A stretch of 64,000 nucleotides of DNA from an uncultured bacterium (lineage in GTDB: Bacteria; Acidobacteriota; HRBIN11; JAKEFK01), in contig CAVZQN010000001.1 in assembly GCA_963777505.1 (NCBI GenBank), forward strand, positions 352,001 to 416,000. The letters are read 5' to 3'. Shown here piece by piece: positions 9,335-17,930 of the stretch (position 1 is its first letter; each line of letters opens with the position of its first letter). Below the pieces are notes generated by a model. The model saw only the letters and a program-made list of their open reading frames with translations, had not been told where the DNA came from and ran no database searches. Position numbers and translations under genes: made by a program.

Positions 9335-9794
9335 TGAAAGCTTTCTTTCTGAACTTCTAGATGCTCTTCAAGAAGCAGGTCTACAAGTAATCATAATCGG
9401 AAATACTGCCGCAATTCTTCAAGGAGTTCCGGTTATGACCCGCGACATAGATTTGTTCGTTCGGAAGCATGAACAACTTGAAAAAAAACTTAACCGATTT
9501 GCCAAGCTTTTTGATGTTTCTTTTACTGAACCTTACCCCTCAACGTCGAACATGATTCGTGCAGTTGGGCGGCCCATCCATATTGATTTCATGCAGGCCC
9601 TTTCAAGCGGTAAGAGTTTTTCTTCATTAAAATCGCGTGCACATAAAATAAAAATTGGCCGGCATACTGCTCTGGTTGCCGACTTGCAAGATCTAATCGA
9701 AGCGAAAGAAGCTGCGGGAAGAAACAAAGACAAACTTAGCATCGCTCAAATGAAAGAAACGTTGAAACTTCGCAAGGCAATGAAAAAAGAATAA
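9315..9794 (+). CDS. Nucleotidyltransferase (AbiEii/DUF6036-like)
   Basis: IIGNTAA..QG..VMTRDIDL (G-x...DxD) and C-terminal K..AGR.KD. Confidence 0.75.
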   Translation: MAGMSFDESFLSELLDALQEAGLQVIIIGNTAAILQGVPVMTRDIDLFVRKHEQLEKKLNRFAKLFDVSFTEPYPSTSNMIRAVGRPIHIDFMQALSSGKSFSSLKSRAHKIKIGRHTALVADLQDLIEAKEAAGRNKDKLSIAQMKETLKLRKAMKKE

Positions 9795-9927
9795 TACTCG
9801 GCGTACTCCGCGTTGAAGAAAAGTAGTGGCGGCTCTTGAGCTTCGCCATTTTCTCATCTAGATACGCTTATGAAGTCGAATCCCGTCCTTGCAAAACGAA
9901 TTCTACGGCCTAATGTTTGACCTAATC

Positions 9928-10035
9928 ATGAGCGAAGATCCGAAACGACCGCTAGCTCGCATGTCTACAGTGGGCTGCATTCTGGCTATTTTGTTTATCG
10001 GTATCGTGCTTTTTCTGATTTATTACAATCGTTAG
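9928..10035 (+). CDS. Putative 35-aa single-pass membrane peptide (below the ORF-track cutoff)
   Basis: MSEDPKRPLARMSTVGCILAILFIGIVLFLIYYNR*, with one clean hydrophobic helix. Confidence 0.45.
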   Translation: MSEDPKRPLARMSTVGCILAILFIGIVLFLIYYNR

Positions 10036-10141
10036 TCGTCTAAACTGCAAATCATTCCAGATATAGTCCAATTTAGCACAGGCGGATTCCCTCTTGTGTC
10101 TTTCATTGATTGTAAGACATTTCGTAAAGCAATAATCTGTC

Positions 10142-12554
10142 ATGCGAATCCTTAACCGGTCGATCTTTTACATAGCTATTGTTATCGTTTTAAACACATT
10201 CCTCTCTACTTCGTACGCTGAAGATTGGCCACGTTGGCGCGGAGCTGCATTTGATGGCACGGCGAGTCCATCTTCGCATCCATTCTCAGGTCCGTTCGAA
10301 TTGCGCGTGCGATGGAAACGTACGCTTGGTGCGGGATATTCCGGCGTCGTTGTTGCCGATGGGCAAAGCGGTAACTATGTATTCAGATGGCAAGAACGAT
10401 TACGTTGTTGCGCTTTCTTCTGACACTGGCGAAGAACAGTGGAAGTTTCTCTTAGGCGAAGCGTTTCCGCCGCGTGATGGTTCCAGTGGCGGACCGGTAT
10501 CCACACCTGCAATCGATCGGGGTGTCGTTTATGCGCTGGGTCCTCGCGGCAATTTCGTTGCGCTGAATCTAGCAACCGGGAAAAAACTTTGGCATCACGA
10601 TCTCGTTGCCGAACTCAACGCACTCACTCCGCATTGGGGCTTCACGACATCACCTTTGGTGGTTGCAAATCGTGTCGTAGTGCTCACCGGTGGAACTCCC
10701 GAACACCTGGTCACTGCATTCGATTGTGAAACCGGTGCAATTGCATGGCGAACAGGATCCGATGAAGTAAGTTACCAATCACCAATGATTACAAAGCTCG
10801 GTAATCGGGATGTCATTCTTGCTGCTGGTGACAAAACTCTATTCGCACTTGATCCTAAGAGCGGAAGCAAACTCTGGAGCTATGAACACAAAGGTGAAGG
10901 ATTTTACGGACAAATTATCAATCCCGTGCGCATTGGTGAAAACGGATTATTCATTACAAACAAGCTGGAAGAGTCGACGCTTTTACGTGCAGGCACGAAG
11001 GTTGAACCGGCATGGCTCACAAAAGAAATAAAAGGAAGCTACGCAACTCCGGTCGTTCATGGTGATCTTGTATTGGGTTACTCCGGACGTTTCCTAACAG
11101 CAATCGATGCAAAGACAGGAGAGCGACGTTGGCGTTCACGCCCGCCTGGTGAAGGATTCCCAATCATTGTCGATGGACATCTTGTTGTGATCACCAGACG
11201 CGGTGCTGTTACTGTTTCAACAATTGCAGCAGATGACTATCATGAAAAGGCCTCGTTACAAGTCTTCAACAAACTCGTTTGGACACCGCCATCGTTTGCT
11301 GAAGGACGCATCTTCGCTCGTGACTCGTACGCAGAAATTGCTGCAATCGATATCATTCCAACAGTGACTGCTTCTGCAATAAAAACTGACGTAAATCGCG
11401 GCATCATTCCCGGTTCATCATTTGCACGTTGGGTTACTGAAATTGAAAAAGCTCCAAATGCTACTGAGCGTGTGAAGCAATATCTCAGCGAACATCCAAC
11501 TTCACCTGTGTTTGAAGGGAAAAATGTGGCGCACATTCTTTATAACGGTCCCGAAAAAGAAGTCGTCTTGCGTGGCGATTTTTCCGAAATCGGTGATGAA
11601 ATCGTGATGCATCGTGTCAGTGGGACCGATTTGCATTATGCATCGCTCGAGCTTGAACCTGATGCGCGAATTATTTATCAACTCCTGCGGAACACTGAAG
11701 ACGCGATCGCCGATCCACGGAATTCAATGAAGGGTGAATCGTTAAATTATCCTGGTGCAGTCTCAGTTCTTACAATGCCTGAAGCGAAACCATTGACTGT
11801 TCAACCCGCAACTGCGACGTTACGCGGACGCATCGTTGAGCTTGAACTAGAATCACCCGAAACATCAGCCGAACATCTGAAATGGGGCGGCAAGCGCGCG
11901 ATCAAAGTATATTTGCCTCCAAACTATGACAGCTCACCGAAAGAGCGTTATCCTACCGCTTACATTCTGTTAGGCGAAGAAATGATTAAAGGTGCCAATC
12001 TTGCTGCGCTATTGGATCGTGAGATCGGATCATCGATGAAGCCTGTCATTGCAGTCTTTGTTGCATCAACGAACGCGTACGAACTCGCAAGAACATTTCG
12101 CGAGCCTCACATAAAGATGATCGCAACTCAACTTGTGCCATGGATTGATGGTCAGTTCCGCACAATCAATGAACCAGCACAACGGATGATTCTTGGCGCC
12201 GATGAAGCTGGATTTGCTGCGGTGGAAATAGGACTTCGCAATCCGCAAATCTTCGGTGGCATCGTCGGCCACTCAATCTTTCCACTCACTGGTGGTGATC
12301 AAGAGTTGCTTGCGTTGATCGATCGCACATCCAAAACGGATCAACGTTTCTACATTGATTGGGGACGTTATGATCCGCGGCGCAAAGTTGATGGTCTCGA
12401 TGTTCCTGGTTTTTCACGAACCACAAGCGAGCGCTTAAAGACACGCGGACAAACCGTTTCGAGCAAAGAATGGAATGACGGTTCCTTAATCTCGCTTTTA
12501 GGTCCACGAGCTGTTCTCGCAATCCAAACACTGATGAAAGGATCATCATTGTAA
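10142..12554 (+). CDS. Secreted PQQ-like beta-propeller fused to an Ig-like domain and an esterase-fold domain; frameshift near 10362
   Basis: Signal peptide and DWPRWRG in 10142-10423. The propeller continues in the 10251 frame after an extra G (GATGGGCAAAGCG). The C-terminal part has VYLPPNY...YP as in Fes-like esterases. Confidence 0.8.
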
Positions 12555-12642
12555 AAAGCGGATCGATTGCGGAACTCACCGCAAAGACGCCAATAAAGTA
12601 GGTGTTAAAGCATTTTTACTTAGCGCCTCTGCGTTAAAACGC

Positions 12643-13557
12643 CTATGGTTCCAGCGCTGGATTGTAAGTCGTGACAACCGTCATGAAGTTGCTGGCTTCG
12701 ATCATATCTTTTGGATGATATCGGATCGAGTGTGCATCCAATCGTTCCACTCCAGGTAAATACGCAAGCACCTCTGCCGGTCGATAGTTTTTGAATGTAA
12801 TATCGAGCGTCAGCGGAGATGCAACCTTAAACGGCTTGAATTCCTGAAGTTTTCCGAATGCCGCTTTGACTTTGTCTGCAATGAGTTGTTGAGAGGCTTG
12901 TGGCGTTAGAGTTTTCGCAGAATGGAACCCGAGGTTATTCTTCACGACTGCGCCTTCAATTTGTCCGATTTGAGTGCGCACTTCTGCAACTGCCGCATCA
13001 TCGCCTGATATCATGACAACCGGCACACCAAAGTGTCCCGCAATCGCCGCGTTCCACGAACCTTCTGTCATATCCTTTCCATTGATTGCAACCCGTGCGA
13101 GCGTTGCACTTGAAAAAGTATGAGCACGAACGCCTTTAGGATTATTGGTAGAAGCGTGATAGCCAATAAACAAAACGGCATCAAATGTTGAATCAATTCC
13201 CGCCATCATCGAAAGCTGACGCGGCCGTCCGCGAATAATTTGCACATCTGTGGGAAATTTTTCGATGAGCAAATTTTCCATATTGCCATGCGAGTCGCTA
13301 ACTAAAATTTCCGTTGCCCCTGCTTCCTTCGCAGCGGTTATGGCTGCCATTGCTTCAGCAGTCATAAACTCTCGAAAGCGTTGATACTCAAATCCCTCCG
13401 GACCGAGCTGACTGTCGGTGACTACCCCTCCAATTCCCTCCATATCGACCGAAATATATGTTTTCAATTTCTTCTGTTGTGCACTTAATGGATGCGCAAG
13501 GAACACAATGATGATTAGCGCGAAAGACAAACTTAAATATTGATTCAACTTTCTCAT
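12643..13557 (-). CDS. M55 family D-aminopeptidase (DppA-like) with signal peptide
   Basis: YISVDMEG, DSHG, FIGYHA, AHT and SGDD motifs. Confidence 0.92.
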   Translation of the reverse strand: MRKLNQYLSLSFALIIIVFLAHPLSAQQKKLKTYISVDMEGIGGVVTDSQLGPEGFEYQRFREFMTAEAMAAITAAKEAGATEILVSDSHGNMENLLIEKFPTDVQIIRGRPRQLSMMAGIDSTFDAVLFIGYHASTNNPKGVRAHTFSSATLARVAINGKDMTEGSWNAAIAGHFGVPVVMISGDDAAVAEVRTQIGQIEGAVVKNNLGFHSAKTLTPQASQQLIADKVKAAFGKLQEFKPFKVASPLTLDITFKNYRPAEVLAYLPGVERLDAHSIRYHPKDMIEASNFMTVVTTYNPALEP

Positions 13558-13636
13558 GTTGGCATACCCCTACCGTTTTGTATTTTCGTCTTAAATATAG
13601 CATTCAACTCAGCGTCTCTGCGGTAGAATCTAAGCC

Positions 13637-15988
13637 GTGGACTCTAAAACCATCTCACACTACAAAATTCTGTCCAAACTCGGAGAAGGCGGAATGGGTG
13701 AGGTTTATCTCGCCCAGGATGAAAAGTTAGATCGAACTGTCGCGTTGAAAATTCTGCCCGCTGAATTTGCTTCCGATCCTGCGCGGATGCGTCGGTTCGT
13801 TCAAGAAGCCAAAGCGGCGTCCGCATTGGATCATTCCAACGTTGCTCACATTTATGAAATTGGTGAAGCCGATGGAATCAGCTTCATCGCGATGCAATAC
13901 ATTGAAGGCGAAACGCTTGATAAGAAAATTAAGACAGGGCCCCTCTCTTCAAACGAAATCATCGATATAGCAACGCAAGTCGCAGACGCTCTGGATGCCG
14001 CCAACTCAAAAGGAATCATCCATCGCGATATTAAAGCGTTGAATATCATGATGACTCCAAGAGGCCAAATCAAAGTTCTGGATTTTGGTCTTGCGAAGAT
14101 TGAAGCTCCTCCTTCATCACAAGCTGAAGCAAGCAGAATGGAAACAGCCGCAGGAACATCACCAGGGATGCTGATTGGGACCGTTCAATATATGAGTCCC
14201 GAACAAGCGCTTGGAAAAGCCGTAGATCATCGCTCCGATATTTATTCGCTCGGAATTGTTTTGTATCAATTGTCTACGGGACGTCTCCCCTTTACCGGAG
14301 AGACTCCGAGTGAAATTTTGAATCGAATTCTGAATTCACAGCCAGATGCGATTGCGCGATTGAATTACAACATCGATGCAGAGCTTGAACGGATCATCCG
14401 AAAATGTATCGAAAAGGATCCGGAAAGACGGTATCAATCTGCGCGTGAGTTATTGATCGATCTGAAAAACTTAAAAAGGGACAGCGAATCAGGTGCGCGA
14501 ACTCCAACAACACCACGCGCTCCAGGTCGTTCCAACATACTGCGAATCGTGGCTGCAGCCGGAGCTCTCGCAATCGTTGGAGCACTCATTTATTTCATGA
14601 GCCTTCGGAACAAAACTGAAATCCGTTCGCTTGCAGTATTACCGTTTGTTAATTCCAATTCCGATCCCGAAAACGAATGGTTGACCGATGGCATTACAGA
14701 AAGCACGATCAATAGCCTTTCGCAGATTCCGGATTTAAAAGTTATGGCACGCAGCACTGTGAGCCGCTTCAAAGGAAAATCGTCGGATCCGTTAGAAGCA
14801 GGGAAAAAGCTAAAGGTCGATGCAGTTCTCACAGGAACTGTAGATCAGCAAAAGAATGATCTGGTCATTGGTGCGGAGTTAGTCAATGTAAGCGATGGTT
14901 CGCTGATCTGGGGAAAGAATTATCGAAACAATATTTCCGATCTGTCGATCGTTCAGCGCGATATTTCTGAACAAATTTCTGATGAACTTCGCAAAAAGCT
15001 TTCAGGTGAACAAAAACAAGAAATTGCAAAAGAATTTTCGGTAAATCCTCAAGCATACGAACTCTATTTGAAAGGCCGGTTTAATTGGAATCTGAGATCT
15101 CCGGATGGAATCATCAAATCAATTGATTACTTTAACCAGGCTATTCAGAAAGATCCATCTTTTGCGCGCGCATATGCTGGATTGTCGCTTGCATATGTTG
15201 TGCGGAGTTCCCCATTTTCAAGAGAAATCCGATATGAAAAAGCGGTTGGCCCGGCAAATAAAGCGGTAGAACTGGACCCGTCGTCTGCCGAAGCGTATGT
15301 AGCGCTCGGCGGGACAAAAGAACTTCAATGGAAATGGAAAGAAGCCGAACAGTTGTATCGTAAGGCGACTGAGTTAGAACCGAATTATCCGACCGCGCAT
15401 CAGTGGCTGGGTGAAACCCTCAATACACTCGGCAAGAGTGATGAGGGAATTCGTGAAGTGAAAATGGCACTTGAATACGATCCATTATCGCCGATCATCA
15501 ATACCAGTCTTGCTCATATTCTTTATTTTGCCAGGCGTTATGATGAAGCGGTTGCGCAATATCGTACATCCATTGAGTTAGATCCCAAGATGCTACACCC
15601 ACGCGAGGGTCTCGTTCAGACCCTATTGATAAAGAAGCAGTACTCAGAAGCGATTGCAGAGTATGAAGAACTCGCCCGCATGACTGGAACTTACGATCAA
15701 CAAAAAAACGTGATCAAAGAAGTACGAGACGCATTTCAAGCAGAAGGCGAAAAAGGTTTTTGGCAGAAAAAACTGGAACTGGATTTGCGCGGCGGTATTG
15801 AGTCCGCTTTTGATATCGCCTGGGACTATGCCAGCCTTGGCAAGATTGATCAATCCTTTGAATGGCTCACAAAAGCGATTGAAATCCGCGATCCTGGTTT
15901 AGATGAATTGGGAGTCGATCCCAGATTTGACTCATTGCGATCCGATCCGCGATTTAAAAATTGTTTACGATCAATGAACCTTGAATAA
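13637..15988 (+). CDS. Ser/Thr protein kinase with a TM segment, a TolB-like domain and TPR repeats
   Basis: GEGGMGEVY, VALK, HRDIK, DFG and GTVQYMSPEQ; SLAVLPF domain; TPR-like C-terminus. Confidence 0.93.
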   Translation: MDSKTISHYKILSKLGEGGMGEVYLAQDEKLDRTVALKILPAEFASDPARMRRFVQEAKAASALDHSNVAHIYEIGEADGISFIAMQYIEGETLDKKIKTGPLSSNEIIDIATQVADALDAANSKGIIHRDIKALNIMMTPRGQIKVLDFGLAKIEAPPSSQAEASRMETAAGTSPGMLIGTVQYMSPEQALGKAVDHRSDIYSLGIVLYQLSTGRLPFTGETPSEILNRILNSQPDAIARLNYNIDAELERIIRKCIEKDPERRYQSARELLIDLKNLKRDSESGARTPTTPRAPGRSNILRIVAAAGALAIVGALIYFMSLRNKTEIRSLAVLPFVNSNSDPENEWLTDGITESTINSLSQIPDLKVMARSTVSRFKGKSSDPLEAGKKLKVDAVLTGTVDQQKNDLVIGAELVNVSDGSLIWGKNYRNNISDLSIVQRDISEQISDELRKKLSGEQKQEIAKEFSVNPQAYELYLKGRFNWNLRSPDGIIKSIDYFNQAIQKDPSFARAYAGLSLAYVVRSSPFSREIRYEKAVGPANKAVELDPSSAEAYVALGGTKELQWKWKEAEQLYRKATELEPNYPTAHQWLGETLNTLGKSDEGIREVKMALEYDPLSPIINTSLAHILYFARRYDEAVAQYRTSIELDPKMLHPREGLVQTLLIKKQYSEAIAEYEELARMTGTYDQQKNVIKEVRDAFQAEGEKGFWQKKLELDLRGGIESAFDIAWDYASLGKIDQSFEWLTKAIEIRDPGLDELGVDPRFDSLRSDPRFKNCLRSMNLE

Positions 15989-15998
15989 ACCACGGTCA

Positions 15999-16105
15999 TT
16001 TATTGCAGATTGTACGATTGCAAATTTTAAATTTTATAGTCATTCAGTTCCGGTGAAATTCAAATATAAAATTGTACAATCAACAATCGTACAATTTGCA
16101 ATAAA
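15999..16105. repeat. Long AT-rich inverted repeat built from heptamer-like units (possible terminator)
   Basis: 22-bp arms TTTATTGCAGATTGTACGATTG / CAATCGTACAATTTGCAATAAA with one G-T mismatch. Confidence 0.7.
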
Positions 16106-16152
16106 CTCCTAAGAGCTTTTTGTTGAACAATTTTATGCTAATATCTTGAGCT

Positions 16153-17076
16153 ATGTTCGATCCAAAAACCCTCCTTTTGGTCGCTCTCGGAATCGTAACA
16201 ATCTGGTTCATCTTTACATGGTGGCGTCTCGCTAAAGCCCTTCCCCAAGATCCAAATGATCCAGCCTTGAATCATAAGTGGTACCACCATCTCGTCGGTT
16301 TTGTCATGAATTTTTTTGACACGCTTGGAATCGGCAGCTTTGCAACGACATGTTCGGCATTCAAATTCCGGAACTCAATGGATGATAGAAAAATTCCAGG
16401 CACGCTTAATGTTGGTCATGCCTTACCTACCGTTGCACAAGCCCTCATTTATATTGCGACAGTTCAGGTAGAAATCTGGACTCTCATTTTAATGATTGTG
16501 GCTTCTGTGCTGGGTGCATGGTTAGGTGCGGGAGTTATTTCGAAATGGTCGCGACGGAAAGTGCAAATTGGAATGGGATGCGCTCTCATCGCTGCAGCGT
16601 TGCTGATGTTGCGCGCACAGCTTTTTGCGGGGCAAGGTGGCGATACAGGCTCACTCGGGCTCACTGGCCTGCTTTTAGCTCTTGGATTAGTTGGCAATTT
16701 TGCACTAGGTGCATTGATGTCGCTTGGAATCGGCTTGTATGCACCTTGTTTGATTCTCATTTCTTTGTTGGGAATGAATCCGCGTGCAGGATTTCCGATC
16801 ATGATGGGATCATGCGCATTCTTAATGCCGATTGGCGGCGTTCGTTTTATTAAGGAAGGTAGTTATAGTCTGCCCGCAGCAGTTGCTTTAGCTGTTGGTG
16901 GAATTCCTGCTGTTCTGATCGCTGCTTACATCGTACGCTCTTTACCGCTAACTTATGTGCGCTGGCTCGTGGTCATTGTTGTCATTTATGCTGCTATCGT
17001 TATGCTCCGTTCAGCAATGCGAGATAAAGCGACTGAAACTGTAGTCGAAGCAGCTTCCAATCCAGCTTCAAAATAA
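16153..17076 (+). CDS. TauE/SafE (TSUP) family membrane transporter
   Basis: NFFDTLGIGSFA, PGTLN and GIGLYAP motifs; 8-9 TM segments. Confidence 0.85.
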   Translation: MFDPKTLLLVALGIVTIWFIFTWWRLAKALPQDPNDPALNHKWYHHLVGFVMNFFDTLGIGSFATTCSAFKFRNSMDDRKIPGTLNVGHALPTVAQALIYIATVQVEIWTLILMIVASVLGAWLGAGVISKWSRRKVQIGMGCALIAAALLMLRAQLFAGQGGDTGSLGLTGLLLALGLVGNFALGALMSLGIGLYAPCLILISLLGMNPRAGFPIMMGSCAFLMPIGGVRFIKEGSYSLPAAVALAVGGIPAVLIAAYIVRSLPLTYVRWLVVIVVIYAAIVMLRSAMRDKATETVVEAASNPASK

Positions 17077-17091
17077 AATTTCGAACGCTTA

Positions 17092-17107
17092 CTACCTGTT
17101 CAGGTGG
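17092..17107. promoter_or_regulatory. Putative operator CTACCTGTTCAGGTGG, copy 1
   Basis: Dyad ACCTG-TT-CAGGT; identical 16-mer at 17823-17838. Confidence 0.55.
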
Positions 17108-17342
17108 TTACTTCTTTTTTCGAACATTCCATAATCTATCCGCACTTAAACAATGCGATTGATGTTATTAATGCTAATGAATTAAAACTGATTCAAAATA
17201 AGATTTTTGACGATATCTCATTCATGTAAAAAGAATGGCTTTATGAAGCCTCAGGCGGTTCAGAAATGACCCTTTTATCGACGACAAAAGTACCCAACGA
17301 ATTAATCTGCTACAACATCAAGAATTGTGGTATAAAGAATTC

Positions 17343-17753
17343 ATGAAACTGGATTCAAGAGTTGTGGATACGTCTGCAAATATTACCGTACTGAGCGTTT
17401 CTGGCAGTATTAAATCCGGGCATATGGCTCCGTTAGAAAAGGAATTAAAGAAGATCTATCAGGGCCGCCCAGTTAAACTGATTTTGGATGTTCAAGGCAC
17501 CGATGCCATCGATAGTTCAGGAATCGGCGAACTGATTAAAGCTCGCACTTTCATCATTGAAAAAGGCGGAAGAGTCGCTTTGGTAGGTGTGAATAGCCGC
17601 GTTGAAATGATGATCAAAATCTCGGGATTGGACAATTATTTCCCGATCCTTCCCACGGAGGGAGAAGCCGTTGAATTCTTGAAGGCGCCTCCGCCTCCAG
17701 AGCCACCGAAAGAGCAAGCTGCCGAAACACCCACAGAGGAACCCGTAGAGTGA
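17343..17753 (+). CDS. STAS domain anti-sigma factor antagonist
   Basis: LILDV..TDAIDSSGIG with the conserved phosphorylatable Ser, and a Pro/Glu-rich tail. ATG 17343 preferred over TTG 17325. Confidence 0.88.
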   Translation: MKLDSRVVDTSANITVLSVSGSIKSGHMAPLEKELKKIYQGRPVKLILDVQGTDAIDSSGIGELIKARTFIIEKGGRVALVGVNSRVEMMIKISGLDNYFPILPTEGEAVEFLKAPPPPEPPKEQAAETPTEEPVE

Positions 17754-17822
17754 ACCCGTTTGCTATTCTATGTCCGCTTCGAATCCAGATCTCTGGATTC
17801 TTCTCGAGATAATCTTATCCCC

Positions 17823-17838
17823 CTACCTGTTCAGGTGG
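17823..17838. promoter_or_regulatory. Putative operator CTACCTGTTCAGGTGG, copy 2
   Basis: Identical to 17092-17107; 92 nt upstream of the RTX gene start. Confidence 0.55.
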
Positions 17839-17930
17839 GGACGTAGAATTGCAAGAAACTTAATATCGTCGTTTGACGATAAATGATACGAATGGCGTAG
17901 GCGCCGTCACATAGTAAAGGAGATTGACGC

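Noticed and set aside
17860-17885. Sigma28 (FliA) promoter before the RTX gene
   Set aside because: GACGATAA resembles the -10 element, but no TAAAG-like -35 lies at the right spacing; kept only as part of the shared-motif finding.
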